From Bryobacterales bacterium (GTDB lineage Bacteria; Acidobacteriota; Terriglobia; Bryobacterales; UBA6623), in NCBI GenBank assembly GCA_963662745.2, contig CAXXUI010000002.1, positions 1,176,024-1,240,023 on the forward strand: 64,000 nucleotides of DNA, in the 5' to 3' direction. Shown piece after piece: positions 37,081-46,582 of this stretch (position 1 is the stretch's first letter; each line of letters opens with the position of its first letter). Under the pieces are notes generated by a model that had not been told where the DNA came from, did no database searches, and saw nothing but the letters and a program-made list of their open reading frames with translations. The position numbers and the translations under genes are program-made.

Positions 37081-38460
37081 TTGGAGGTGAGAGGCCTGTT
37101 GGCTGCTGACGACGGGTGCGACGGGCCGACCGAATCCCCGCTGGGCTGGCCCAGGTCTGCCAGCCGCATCTTGGTCGTCTGCATGGCGCTGCTTGCCACG
37201 GCGGCCGGATGGCTGGTGCTCACCCGGCCCGTGCATCGGATCGAAGGCGACTTCTTGAAGCGCGAAGACCGGCAGGCGGCTGATGAATGGCTCTTGGAGC
37301 AGCTGCGCAACCCGGTCGCCGAACTGCGCGCCCGGGCGCACTTGGCCTTGGCGCGCATCCGCGGCTGCGAGGCGTGGGAGTCGCTAGCGGCCGGGTTGCG
37401 GGACCCGGCGCCGTCGGTGCGGGCGCGGTCGGCTTTGGCGGTGGGCAACCTGTTCGACGCGAGGGCAGGATCCTGCGATCCGGGGGATTCGGTTGCAGCG
37501 GCCTTGGCGGAGCTGCTCGGCGATGACGACCGCACGGCGGCGACGCGCGCGGTCGAGGCTCTCGGCAAGCTGGAGTGGCGTCCGGCGGCAGCTGCCGTCA
37601 CCCGGAGCGCTGCACCTGTCGTGACGACCATGACGGCCCTGATGCGGATGGACGCGGACTCTCAGGCGGCGTTCGTCGCTGAGTACTTGGACTCGGACGA
37701 TCAGGACAGCCGCTGGGTTGCGGCGCTCGCCACCCACGAGCTGCGGCTGGCGGGTCTCCCACGGGTGTGGCGGCGGCTGCAGCCTCTGGCGGCGGACGAC
37801 AACCCGTTCGTGCGTGCCGCCGCGATGCGGGCTGTCGGCGGCAGCGCGGCTGGCGAGGCGGCCCTCGCCTTGGTTCGCGGCAGCCTAGACCATGCCGACC
37901 CGAAGGTCCGCTTCGAGGCGGCTCTGGCCCGGCGCCGCTTGGAGGCTGGTCAGTTGTCCGAGCCCCTCCCGGCCGGCGAGCCGGCAATCAAGTTGCCTCG
38001 CCTAGCGCCCCCACACACGACGCTGCTACCCTCCGGCGACTATCAGCGGGTGGCCAAGACGCTCGGCGCGCGCCTGCGAATGAGCACCGCGCTTGGAGAC
38101 TTCGAGATCGAGCTGGACTACGAAGGCGCCCCGCTGACCGCTGAGCTGCTCCGCAGCCTGGCGGCGAGCGGCGCGTTCGACGGTTCGTCCTTCGCCGCCG
38201 TGCGGCCCAACGGATACTCGGTGGCGTCGCTCCGAATTCCGGCCGTCAGGTTGGAGCTGAATGCGACGCCCTTCCTGCGTGGCAGTGTGGGCCTGCTGCG
38301 GGCCGGCGCGGCTGCGGGCGGCGGAGTCTTTGTCTGCCAGACGGCGCTGCCGCTGGCGGACGGCCGCTACGTGAATGTAGGGCGCATGGTGGCCGGCGAC
38401 CGGCTGCTGGACCGCCTAGACCGGGGTGTCTCCATCGACAGCGTGCGGGAGGTGCGGTGA
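37081..38460 (+). CDS. HEAT-repeat protein with a C-terminal degenerate cyclophilin-like (PPIase-fold) domain
   Basis: Repeated ..VRARSALAVG.., ..RWVAALATHEL.., ..FVRAAAMRAVG.. and ..PKVRFEAALA.. The C-terminus LGDFEIELDYEGAPLTAELLRSLAASGAFDGSSF resembles the cyclophilin N-terminal strands. The start is uncertain (37081 or ATG 37183). Confidence 0.55.
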   Translation: MEVRGLLAADDGCDGPTESPLGWPRSASRILVVCMALLATAAGWLVLTRPVHRIEGDFLKREDRQAADEWLLEQLRNPVAELRARAHLALARIRGCEAWESLAAGLRDPAPSVRARSALAVGNLFDARAGSCDPGDSVAAALAELLGDDDRTAATRAVEALGKLEWRPAAAAVTRSAAPVVTTMTALMRMDADSQAAFVAEYLDSDDQDSRWVAALATHELRLAGLPRVWRRLQPLAADDNPFVRAAAMRAVGGSAAGEAALALVRGSLDHADPKVRFEAALARRRLEAGQLSEPLPAGEPAIKLPRLAPPHTTLLPSGDYQRVAKTLGARLRMSTALGDFEIELDYEGAPLTAELLRSLAASGAFDGSSFAAVRPNGYSVASLRIPAVRLELNATPFLRGSVGLLRAGAAAGGGVFVCQTALPLADGRYVNVGRMVAGDRLLDRLDRGVSIDSVREVR

Positions 38461-38595
38461 CCGCGTCAGCGAATTCGCTCTCGCAGGCGGCGTTGCGGTC
38501 GGCCCAAGTCTGGTATAGTTGCAATGCAATAACCGCCCGAAGCGGGGCGGGGCCGGGTCACGGACCCGGCGAGACAACCTTGGAAAGGAGAATGC

Positions 38596-39243
38596 GTGGT
38601 TAGTTCTAGACATTCCCACGACGGGCCTGCCGACAGGGCTGGGCGCGAACCCCGCAAGGGCTTCTCCCGGCGCACCTTCATCGAGGGCGTCGGTATCGGA
38701 GCCGGCGCGGTGGGCGCGCTCGGGGAACCAGGCAGGGCTCAAGCGGCCGGCGCGGAAGTGCTGGGCCCGGACCCTGTCCCCATCACCCTGAACATCAACG
38801 GCAAGAATCATGACCTTGAGGTCGAGCCGCGCGTCACGTTGGTTGACGCGCTGCGCAACAGTCTGGATCACACGGGGGCCAAGAAGGTCTGCGACCGGGC
38901 GACCTGCGGAGCTTGCACGGTCGTCTTGGACGGCAGCCCGGTGTATTCCTGCACGATGCTGGCGATCGAGGCGCAGGGGCGCAGGATCGAGACGATCGAG
39001 GGCCTCTCGACTGACGACGCGACGATGCATGCCGTGCAGTCGCAGTTCGTCGAGCACGACGCCCAGCAGTGCGGATTCTGCACGCCCGGCTTGGTTATGG
39101 CCGGCAAGGCGATCGTCGACAGCAATGCGCGACCGTCCATGGCGGAGGTCGAGAGCGGCCTGAGCGGGAACATCTGCCGCTGCGGCACGTATGTCGGAGC
39201 GCGCAAGGCCGTGTACGAGGCGGCCAGAGGAGGTACAGCGTAA
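38596..39243 (+). CDS. Xanthine-dehydrogenase-family (aldehyde oxidoreductase-like) [2Fe-2S] small subunit with Tat signal
   Basis: Twin-arginine SRRTFIEGVGIGAGAVGA. Cys clusters CDRATCGACTV, CGFCTPG and CRCGTY. Confidence 0.9.
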   Translation: MVSSRHSHDGPADRAGREPRKGFSRRTFIEGVGIGAGAVGALGEPGRAQAAGAEVLGPDPVPITLNINGKNHDLEVEPRVTLVDALRNSLDHTGAKKVCDRATCGACTVVLDGSPVYSCTMLAIEAQGRRIETIEGLSTDDATMHAVQSQFVEHDAQQCGFCTPGLVMAGKAIVDSNARPSMAEVESGLSGNICRCGTYVGARKAVYEAARGGTA

Positions 39244-41405
39244 TGGCTACCAAGTACGACTGGCCGGCGGCTGACGATCGGAGCCTGATCGGCAAGCGGC
39301 ACACTCGCGTCGACGGCCCTGCCAAGGCGCGCGGCGTGGCGAAGTATTCCTACGATCGCAACTTGGACGGGATGCTGTACGCCCGCTTGGTCATTTCGAC
39401 CGTACCGCACGGGCGGATCATCGGCATCGACACTTCGACGGCGGAGCGGGTGCCCGGCTACAAGGGCCACGTCAACATCGTCAACGTCGGGGACGAGGTC
39501 CAGTGGGTCGGGTCTGAGATCCTGGCGATTTGCGCCGACACGGAGGAGCACGCCCGCGACGCGGCGGCCGCGGTGGCCGTCCACTTCGAGGCGCTTCCCC
39601 ACTGGGTCAAGGACGAGGACGTCAAGAAGGCTGGTGAGGCGAACCGCGTGCAGCCGGCCAAGGACGACACCAAGGGCCCCGAAATGGCGGAGGCTTGGGC
39701 CAGCGCGGATGAGACGATTGAGGGCTACTACGGCCTCGGCATCATCACGCACTGCTGCTTGGAGCCGCACGGCCAGGTGGTCGACTGGACCGACGACGAG
39801 ATCACGGTCTACGCCTCGACGCAGGCTGTGGCGCGAATCCCGGCCGATTTGGCCAGAGGCCTATCCCGGGACGAGTCGATTGGCGACGTATCGGCGGATG
39901 CCGTCCACGTCATCACCCCTTACATGGGAGGCGGCTTCGGTTCCAAGTTCAACATCGACACTTGGGGCGTCGCCTGCGCCAAGCTGTCGAAGCTGACCGG
40001 CAAGCCGGTCAAGCTCATGCTGGACCGCGACGAGGAGCTGATGGTGGCCGGAGGTCGCCCGTCGGACTACGGGAACATCAAGGTCGGGGCCAAGAAGGAC
40101 GGCACCTTGGTGGCCTACGAGTCCGAGACGTGGTCGACTGGCGGCATCGCCGGGCGGGGCAGCCCGCCTCTGCCGTACGTTTACAACAACGAGGAGCGGC
40201 TGGCCCAGCGGGCGCGCCACCTCAACGTCTCGACGAACATCGGCCCGGCTCGTGCTTGGCGCGCGCCGAACCACCCCCAGGCCGCCGTGCTGACGATGTG
40301 TCCGCTGGAGGATCTCGCCGCGAAGCTGGACATGAATCCGGTGGACTTCTTCAAGAAGAACGCCGATCTGACAGCTCGGCCGGAAGTCTACCGTTACGAG
40401 ATTGACAAGTGCGCCGAGATGATCGGTTGGAGCGAGAAGTGGCACCAGCGCGGCGACTCGGGCTCCGGGCCAGTCAAGCGCGGCCTCGGCATGAGCCTCC
40501 ACACTTGGGGGGGGCGACCGCACGACTCGACCTGCGAGGTCCGGATTCAGCCTGACGGAGGCGTTTCCGTCAATCTGGCGAGCCAGGACTTGGGAGTGGG
40601 GACCTACACCACGCTCTCCGTCGTGGCGGCCGAGACCTTGGGGCTGCAGATCCCCGACATCACGGTCAACATCGGCAGCTCGAAGCTTCCGGTTTCGGGC
40701 GCGTCGGGTGGTTCAACCACGGTCGGAGGCACCACAGCTTCGACTCGGCGGGCGACGGTGAACGCGTTGGAGGAGCTCAAGGCGGTGGTCGCGGAAGCTC
40801 TGGAAGTGGGCGCGGCTGATTTGGTTGCCAAGGAAGGCAAGATCTTCGCTCAGTCAGACGAGTCGAAGTCCCTGAGCTGGGGGGACGCTTGCAGGAAGCT
40901 CGGCACGCGCACGATCACGGGCCAGGGCAAGCAACCCGACCGCGAAGGCGGCAAGCTGAACGACTCTGGCGTCGGAGGCGTGCAGATGGCGGACGTGTCC
41001 GTCGATGTCGAGACCGGCATCGTGACCATCAACAAGCTGGCGGCCGTGCAGGATGTCGGCTTGGTGGTCTGCCTCGCGCAGTGCGAGAGCCAAGTCTACG
41101 GGTCCCTGATCCAAGGGATCGCCTACGCGCTGTACGAGGAGTCGGTCTATGACCAAGCGACCGGCAAGATGCTGAACCCGGACATGGAGTTCTACAAGCT
41201 CCCGGGCGCGGGTGACATCGGGGAGCTGGAAGTTCACATGGTCCAGAACAAGTACGACGACCGGGGCGTGATCGGGATCGGCGAGCCGCCGGTGATCTCG
41301 CCCGGAGCGGCGATCTCCAACGCCGTGGCGAACGCCATCGGCGTGCGAGTCCCGACTCTGCCATTGACGCCGGACCGTGTTCTGGCGGCGCTAGAGAACG
41401 CATAA
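39243..41405 (+). CDS. Xanthine-dehydrogenase-family molybdopterin-binding large subunit
   Basis: RVDGPAKARGVAKYSYD, an a/b-hammerhead region, GGGFGSK and GIGEPPV. The start ATG overlaps the upstream TAA (TAATG). Confidence 0.9.
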   Translation: MATKYDWPAADDRSLIGKRHTRVDGPAKARGVAKYSYDRNLDGMLYARLVISTVPHGRIIGIDTSTAERVPGYKGHVNIVNVGDEVQWVGSEILAICADTEEHARDAAAAVAVHFEALPHWVKDEDVKKAGEANRVQPAKDDTKGPEMAEAWASADETIEGYYGLGIITHCCLEPHGQVVDWTDDEITVYASTQAVARIPADLARGLSRDESIGDVSADAVHVITPYMGGGFGSKFNIDTWGVACAKLSKLTGKPVKLMLDRDEELMVAGGRPSDYGNIKVGAKKDGTLVAYESETWSTGGIAGRGSPPLPYVYNNEERLAQRARHLNVSTNIGPARAWRAPNHPQAAVLTMCPLEDLAAKLDMNPVDFFKKNADLTARPEVYRYEIDKCAEMIGWSEKWHQRGDSGSGPVKRGLGMSLHTWGGRPHDSTCEVRIQPDGGVSVNLASQDLGVGTYTTLSVVAAETLGLQIPDITVNIGSSKLPVSGASGGSTTVGGTTASTRRATVNALEELKAVVAEALEVGAADLVAKEGKIFAQSDESKSLSWGDACRKLGTRTITGQGKQPDREGGKLNDSGVGGVQMADVSVDVETGIVTINKLAAVQDVGLVVCLAQCESQVYGSLIQGIAYALYEESVYDQATGKMLNPDMEFYKLPGAGDIGELEVHMVQNKYDDRGVIGIGEPPVISPGAAISNAVANAIGVRVPTLPLTPDRVLAALENA

Positions 41406-41420
41406 GGGAGGCTAGGAACC

Positions 41421-42389
41421 ATGAAGAATTTCGAATACATCGCTCCTACCGACACCCTCGTCGCGACGCAGGCGCTCAGCGCCGAGCCCGGGGTTACGAC
41501 CGTCCTGGCGGGCGGCACGGACTTGGTCAGCCTGCTGAAGCAGGGCATCGAGACTCCGACACGGGTCGTGAGCCTGCGCAACATCGCGGCGCTTCGCGGC
41601 ATCTCGAAGTCCGGCGGAGGACTGCGGATCGGCGCCATGGCCACAGTCGACGAACTGCTCGCCTCGAAGGCGGCCGCGCCGTACCGCTCCCTGCAGGCGG
41701 CTGCTCGCGGCATCACCGCGCCCCAAGTGCGGGCCGTGGGGACGGTCGTCGGCGACCTGCTGCAGCGTCCGCGCTGCTGGTACTTCCGCAACGGATACGG
41801 TCTGCTCGCTATGCAGGACGGTGAGTCGCTGGTGCCGAACGGCGAGAACCGCTACCACGCGATTCTCGGCAACAAGGGCCCGGCCTACTTCGTGAGCGCG
41901 TCGAGCTTCGGCCCCGCGCTGGTCTCTCTGGGCGCGACGGCCACGGTCGCCGGGCCGGAGGGCGAGCGGCGCGTGTCGGTGGCGGACCTCTTCCGCACGC
42001 CGGCTTCGGCGTCGGAGCGCGAGACGTCCCTCATGCCGAACGAGATCGTGACGGAGATCAACGTCCCGAGTGCTTCCGGGTGGAAGACGTCCACCTACGA
42101 AGTGCGCCAGCGCCAGCTGCTGGACTGGCCTCTGGCCACGGCTTCGGTGGCCGTGCGCGAGCGCGGCGGAAGAGTCTCTGACGCCCGGGTGGTGCTGGGG
42201 CATGTAGCTCCGACACCTTGGCGGTCGTCGGAAGCGGAGACTGCCTTGCAAGGCAAGAGCCTCGGTGAGGACGCCGGAGCGGAAGCGGGCAAGGCCGCGG
42301 TGGCGGCGGCGACTCCGCTCAGCCAGAACAAGGCCAAGGTGCAGTTGGCGGCCGTAGCGGTCAAGCGCGCGGTTGCGATGGCGGCATAA
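41421..42389 (+). CDS. Xanthine-dehydrogenase-family FAD-binding medium subunit (CoxM-like)
   Basis: MKNFEYIAPTD...VLAGGTDLVSLLKQG and a CO-dehydrogenase flavoprotein C-terminal-like region. Confidence 0.88.
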   Translation: MKNFEYIAPTDTLVATQALSAEPGVTTVLAGGTDLVSLLKQGIETPTRVVSLRNIAALRGISKSGGGLRIGAMATVDELLASKAAAPYRSLQAAARGITAPQVRAVGTVVGDLLQRPRCWYFRNGYGLLAMQDGESLVPNGENRYHAILGNKGPAYFVSASSFGPALVSLGATATVAGPEGERRVSVADLFRTPASASERETSLMPNEIVTEINVPSASGWKTSTYEVRQRQLLDWPLATASVAVRERGGRVSDARVVLGHVAPTPWRSSEAETALQGKSLGEDAGAEAGKAAVAAATPLSQNKAKVQLAAVAVKRAVAMAA

Positions 42390-42484
42390 GCCGACGGGCG
42401 CGAAGCGCCAGAAGATACCCGGTCGCCGGGCGAGGGTCCGGCCTCCCGAGCTTGGCGACCGGCTTGTTCACACTGGGGGAGACG

Positions 42485-42706
42485 ATGTCCCGAAATCGAG
42501 GAGCGGGCCTGAAGGTGCTCAAGCATCGGTGCGCCGACCTGCGGTGGAAGGGGATGTACATTGATGCGGACGACGATCCGACAGTGCCGCTCTCGAACAC
42601 TAGGATCTATTGGTGTGACCGGACCTACAAGCCTATCGGGCCTGACGGGGACGTCGTGGACGAGGACACCTGTACGATGTCTCGCAAGTGCTATGAGCCA
42701 CTGTGA
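42485..42706 (+). CDS. Small (73 aa) Cys-containing hypothetical protein
   Basis: Strong SD GGGGGAG lies 5 nt upstream of ATG 42485. Host-like GC3 and four Cys. No family recognised. Confidence 0.5.
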   Translation: MSRNRGAGLKVLKHRCADLRWKGMYIDADDDPTVPLSNTRIYWCDRTYKPIGPDGDVVDEDTCTMSRKCYEPL

Positions 42707-42798
42707 CACCTGCGACTACGAGGGTTGCTGGCAACGTATCTCCGGGTAACACTGGTTTTTCTGTGTCGTAATTCTGTGATGATCGATTGCGATCGATA

Positions 42799-42807
42799 TG
42801 CTATAAT
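42799..42807 (+). promoter_or_regulatory. Extended -10 promoter element (TGcTATAAT) for the AT-rich island's first gene, implying a leaderless or near-leaderless mRNA
   Basis: tgctataat at 42799-42807, with only 6 nt (ttctcc) before ATG 42814. Preceded by two GATCGAT copies at 42781-42787 and 42791-42797. Confidence 0.4.
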
Positions 42808-42813
42808 TTCTCC

Positions 42814-43686
42814 ATGGTTCCGGAGCCACGATTCAGAGACCAGTCGAAGCGATTTTGGGCATATGTTCGAATCCTAAGCCAGACTCTTGGGTACACGGAC
42901 CGCAAGACTAAAATGATTAAGAATCCAGAGCTAGGGGATATTAAGTCAGCGTTAGTATCACTTGGGCTGGATTGTACTAGAATTATTTCTCCAATCGGAT
43001 TCTCAACTGAACTTGGTAGTGATCTAGATGCCTATTTCAGTTATCGAGCCAAGATATTGAATGAATATGTCCGCACGAATCTCATGGTTGCGGAACAGGC
43101 AAAGGTCACGTTTGAATCACTCAAGAGAAATGCTCGGCAAGGAGTCCCTGTGCCAGACAATAAGCAGAAAGGAATAAAAAAGAAACCGTCGTATTTTACT
43201 GGAATAATTAACTTCCTGATTTCACAAGGAACAGGGGAACACCCTTGTGATTTCGATCCCCAAAAGCTAGTGACAATCATTAGGGAAGGAACTGCTATTC
43301 GAACCTTGTCGCGAAGATTTGATGGAGCATTTCCTTCTGTTAGTGATCCGATAGCAGTGTGGGAAATCAAGGAATACTATTACACAACGACATTTGGAAG
43401 TAGGATCGCAGATGCGGTGTACGAAACCCTATTGGATGGCATGGAACTTGAAGAATTGCGCGAGAATGAAGGCATTCATGTCCGACACTACTTGATGGTA
43501 GATGCGTATGACACATGGTGGAAGAAAGGGAAATCATATCTTTGCCGGATTGTTGACATGCTTCACATGGGCTATATAGACGAAGTTCTATTCGGCAAGG
43601 AAGTAGTAGAGAGGATACCTCCATTGACGGGAGACTGGATAAGGTCCTGGACTATTAGAGAATCAGATAGTGTACGTGAGAAGTAG
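42814..43686 (+). CDS. Uncharacterised protein, candidate type II restriction endonuclease (PD-(D/E)xK-like motif), AT-rich foreign gene
   Basis: 290 aa from ATG 42814 (ORF track 42787..43686). RFDGAFPSVSDPIAVWEIK gives D-x13-E-x-K. Convergent with, and overlapping, a Dam-like MTase. No resemblance by eye to the DpnII, MboI or EcoRV endonucleases. Confidence 0.45.
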   Translation: MVPEPRFRDQSKRFWAYVRILSQTLGYTDRKTKMIKNPELGDIKSALVSLGLDCTRIISPIGFSTELGSDLDAYFSYRAKILNEYVRTNLMVAEQAKVTFESLKRNARQGVPVPDNKQKGIKKKPSYFTGIINFLISQGTGEHPCDFDPQKLVTIIREGTAIRTLSRRFDGAFPSVSDPIAVWEIKEYYYTTTFGSRIADAVYETLLDGMELEELRENEGIHVRHYLMVDAYDTWWKKGKSYLCRIVDMLHMGYIDEVLFGKEVVERIPPLTGDWIRSWTIRESDSVREK

Positions 43687-44568
43687 TCGATCGGTAACAC
43701 GTTCCCTCTCAAGCGTCTGACCTCTCATTTGAAACCTCCGAAGCATAGATCGGCCACAATCAATGACTATTTCCTGCTCAAATAAGTTCTTTGGGAGATG
43801 GAGGTCTACGATACGTTTCCCGGATTTCTTTGTTCCGTCGATGCTCAGGGCGACAAGGGCACCTCGGCTCTTGCAATCGTCGATAACTTGGTACAATTGA
43901 CTCAGTTCGAATGACTGTGAACCGTAGAGAATCGACTGACTGTCACGGTAGGGAGGATCGCAATAGACAAAGTCTCCGGAGCTGGCTTCGATCATTGCCT
44001 CTCGATAGTCCATCAGATGGAAACTAGTACCAGCAACACGTTCACTCCATTCGTCGACACGAGAAGAAAACTTTGATGGATGCATTGGATTGTGAGGTCC
44101 GCAGGGCGTTGACATGAATCCATCTTTTTTTCTGAAGCGGACAATTCCTCCATAGCAAGACCTGCAAAGAAATAGAAGATCTGCACCATTTGGCTTCCGG
44201 TTATAGGAACTCTTGATACGCTCATACTGAGTCGTCTTGTCTCCTTCTTTGAGAAACAACCAACGATCTGCGTACCAAAGCTTTACGAGTTCAGGGTCGG
44301 TGGTCAAAGCTCGCCATATCTCAATCAATGGCGGGAACGAATCAGATGCGACGCCTTGTATTGGGGCGAGTGTGGCTAGTACTGCACCACTGCCAACAAA
44401 TGGCTCCCAGTATGTCCGTATGCTTGAAGGGAAATAGGATGCAATCTCGTGAGCAAAACGCTGCTTGTTGCCCACCCATTTCAGCAGACCGCGTCGGAAC
44501 GGGGACACGGTGCGCATGGAGTGAAACGGCAACGATCGCTGGGGAACTCTAGACTCTGCAACGGGCAT
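43663..44568 (-). CDS. Site-specific DNA adenine-N6 methyltransferase, D12 class (Dam-like)
   Basis: KWVGNK, EPFVGSG (FxGxG), FLCRSCYGGIVRF and VYCDPPY occur in Dam-family order. The start is uncertain (ATG 44568, 44517, or the long ORF start 44838). Confidence 0.85.
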   Translation of the reverse strand: MPVAESRVPQRSLPFHSMRTVSPFRRGLLKWVGNKQRFAHEIASYFPSSIRTYWEPFVGSGAVLATLAPIQGVASDSFPPLIEIWRALTTDPELVKLWYADRWLFLKEGDKTTQYERIKSSYNRKPNGADLLFLCRSCYGGIVRFRKKDGFMSTPCGPHNPMHPSKFSSRVDEWSERVAGTSFHLMDYREAMIEASSGDFVYCDPPYRDSQSILYGSQSFELSQLYQVIDDCKSRGALVALSIDGTKKSGKRIVDLHLPKNLFEQEIVIDCGRSMLRRFQMRGQTLERERVTDRLLLTYTI

Positions 44569-45117
44569 ACTGCTTCCAGCCAGAGTATACCACAGGTGCG
44601 ACCCTACTGCGTTAGGATTCCGGTTGGGGACTCCGGTTAGCCTCGGGGCGTTGCAGGCACAGACATCCGGACACCGTGGGGGCGGATCCTGCGCTTCTTG
44701 TGGATTGGGCCCGTCTTTGCGCCGGACTGGCATGGAGTCGAGGAACTCCGCCCCACTCTCCCCAAGGTGACGAGCCGTAGTCGTCAATGCGAACTGCATA
44801 TGCTGTGATTCCGTATTCCATTCGTCATTCATCCTCAAGATAGCCTCTTCTTGCGCCGCTGTGCTGGATCCACGCCCGGCACCGCACTCGCTTCACCCTC
44901 GCTTCCGGCATGTCTCCACACCTTGGAACCGCGACCGAGGCGCGTCGCCGGCCTGCAGGTGGATGCCCCGCTGTCCCAGATGAGCTGTCGCAACGGCGAG
45001 GCCCGCCCGCGCCGCGCCACCGCTTGACAGTCGCCAGGATTGTCCCCTCCGCTATGCCTAGGATGCCTGCCGCCCAGTTGCTCCCCCCTGCACCGGCCCG
45101 AGGCGGCATGCGTGAAC

Positions 45118-45729
45118 CAAGCCCTCTCCTTCCTCACCGCCGACGGCCGGACCGTCCGGTTCCACTGCCTGCCACCTATCGGCATCCATGCCGCCGACGA
45201 CCGGCGCGCCCTTCGCCGCCGCATCGGCGAATTCGCCTGGTTGGGCATCGCCAACCCGGCCGAGCCGGCCCGCGCCTGCGGCCTCAGCCTGCGCACCGTC
45301 CATCGCGCACGGAACCTTTGGGCCGGGGAAGGCGAGCGCGGCTTCTTCAAGCCGCGCAAGCGCACGGTGTTCACCGACGCCGTCCGCGAGGTCGCCGAGC
45401 CGGACGTGACGCCGGTCTTCGACCGCGAGGGCTGGAGTCCGGACCTGTTCCGCAGCCTGGCGCGGCAGGGGGCGGCCTGCATCACGTGGCGGGAGGGGGA
45501 TTGCGGGGAGGACCGGCCACGGGAGGAGTTCCAGATGCACGAGGACGTGCCGCTGAGCGCGCCCTGCGGGGAGCGGCTGACGAGGATGCAGCTGGCCGAG
45601 CGCAAGGCGGCGCTGCTGCAGGCCGGCGACAAGCAGGGCGAGCCGGCCTTCGGAGTGCGCGAGATCCGGCGGCTGACCGGGAGCGGCCGGCAGCTGTCTT
45701 TGCTGACTGCGCACCCGGACGATCCGGAG
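45118..45729 (+). pseudogene. 3'-truncated DDE-type transposase fragment (family not assigned)
   Basis: High-GC3 frame of ORF 45040..46086. HTH-like ACGLSLRTVHRARNLW, then VFDREGWSPDLFRSLARQGAACITWREG, which resembles a DRGxxS catalytic-Asp block. The coding signal ends near 45729, where the antisense M48 remnant begins. Confidence 0.4.
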
Positions 45730-45734
45730 GGTAG

Positions 45735-46582
45735 GTGCCGTGCTTGCGGATGTGCGCTTGCACATAGGTCTGCAGGCTCTGGACTGCACTGTCGAAGTTC
45801 CCCGCACTGGTCGCAAAGGCGTATCCCAAGTCGCGGTGAATCGCCGGATACAAGCCGCGCGTGTCCGACTCGGCCGCTCTTTGCAGAAATCGTAGCGCCA
45901 AACTGTCGTGTCGGCTTGAGCGTTCCGTCAGGCGGTCGATCCGCCCGATGGCCCACAGCAGCTTCGGATCATCGGACCGCACCGGCAACACGGCTTCCAG
46001 CCCCTCCAAGGCTAGGTCATGGCGATCCAGCTGCTCCGACAGCTGGATGCTGGAGTCCCTCCGCACCACCGACGTCAGCCGGCTGAAGTCGGCGCTTCCC
46101 GGCTGCAACGAACCAGACTTGCTCCCAATCTCCTGCTTGAGATCTGTGGAGACCACCTCGCGCACCAACTCGGCACGCCTGCTGTGCGTCGGATGTCCGC
46201 TGAACAGAGCCATCAAGGTCGAGGGCTCGCCGAATCGCTTGTGCATCTTGTCCCAGAACCCAGCTGCCTCGTTCGGATCGAGGTTCAGTGCGAGGGTCTG
46301 CCGCAGACCGACGCGATCCGCTTCCTTCTCTTAACTCCGCTCGTATCGCGTACCTGTCAACGCACCAAAGAGGCCAATCCCGGCGGACACCACCGTGTCG
46401 GCTCCCCGAGCGTTGCCTGCCCCAAGGATGCGCATCGCGCTGCCGGCGATTCGGGCGGTGGTAGCCACCTTCCCGTAGCGCTGGCGGTAGACCGAGTTGA
46501 TGTGGTGGTTGTGGATGACATGGCCGATCTCATGCCCTAGCACGGCGGCCAGCTGGGCTTCGTTCTCCACCATGGCGACCAT
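45735..46582 (-). pseudogene. M48-family zinc metallopeptidase remnant: N-terminally truncated, with an in-frame TAA at 46331-46333
   Basis: ELAAVLGHEIGHVIHNH (HExxH). TRYERS*EKEADRVGL corresponds to the SRxxExEAD motif interrupted by a stop. Further downstream are GHPTHSRR and a TPR-like tail. No room remains for the usual N-terminal domain before the sulfatase gene. Confidence 0.7.

Noticed and set aside
38461-38595. Possible Moco riboswitch upstream of the molybdoenzyme operon (two hairpins followed by GGAAAGGAG).
   Set aside because: The only resemblance I can support is the GGAAAGGAG element, which is also just a strong Shine-Dalgarno sequence. I could not find the conserved CUCCGAGCC/GGCCUGCC-type core. 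An Rfam RF01055 cmscan would be needed to revive this idea.
44569-44838. The 90-aa N-terminal extension of the methyltransferase ORF (start at 44838) as a real domain or a C-protein.
   Set aside because: The extension has no HTH or other motif and intermediate composition. Dam-family MTases start shortly before the KWxGxK motif. It is more likely 5' UTR or promoter sequence, and the start remains uncertain.
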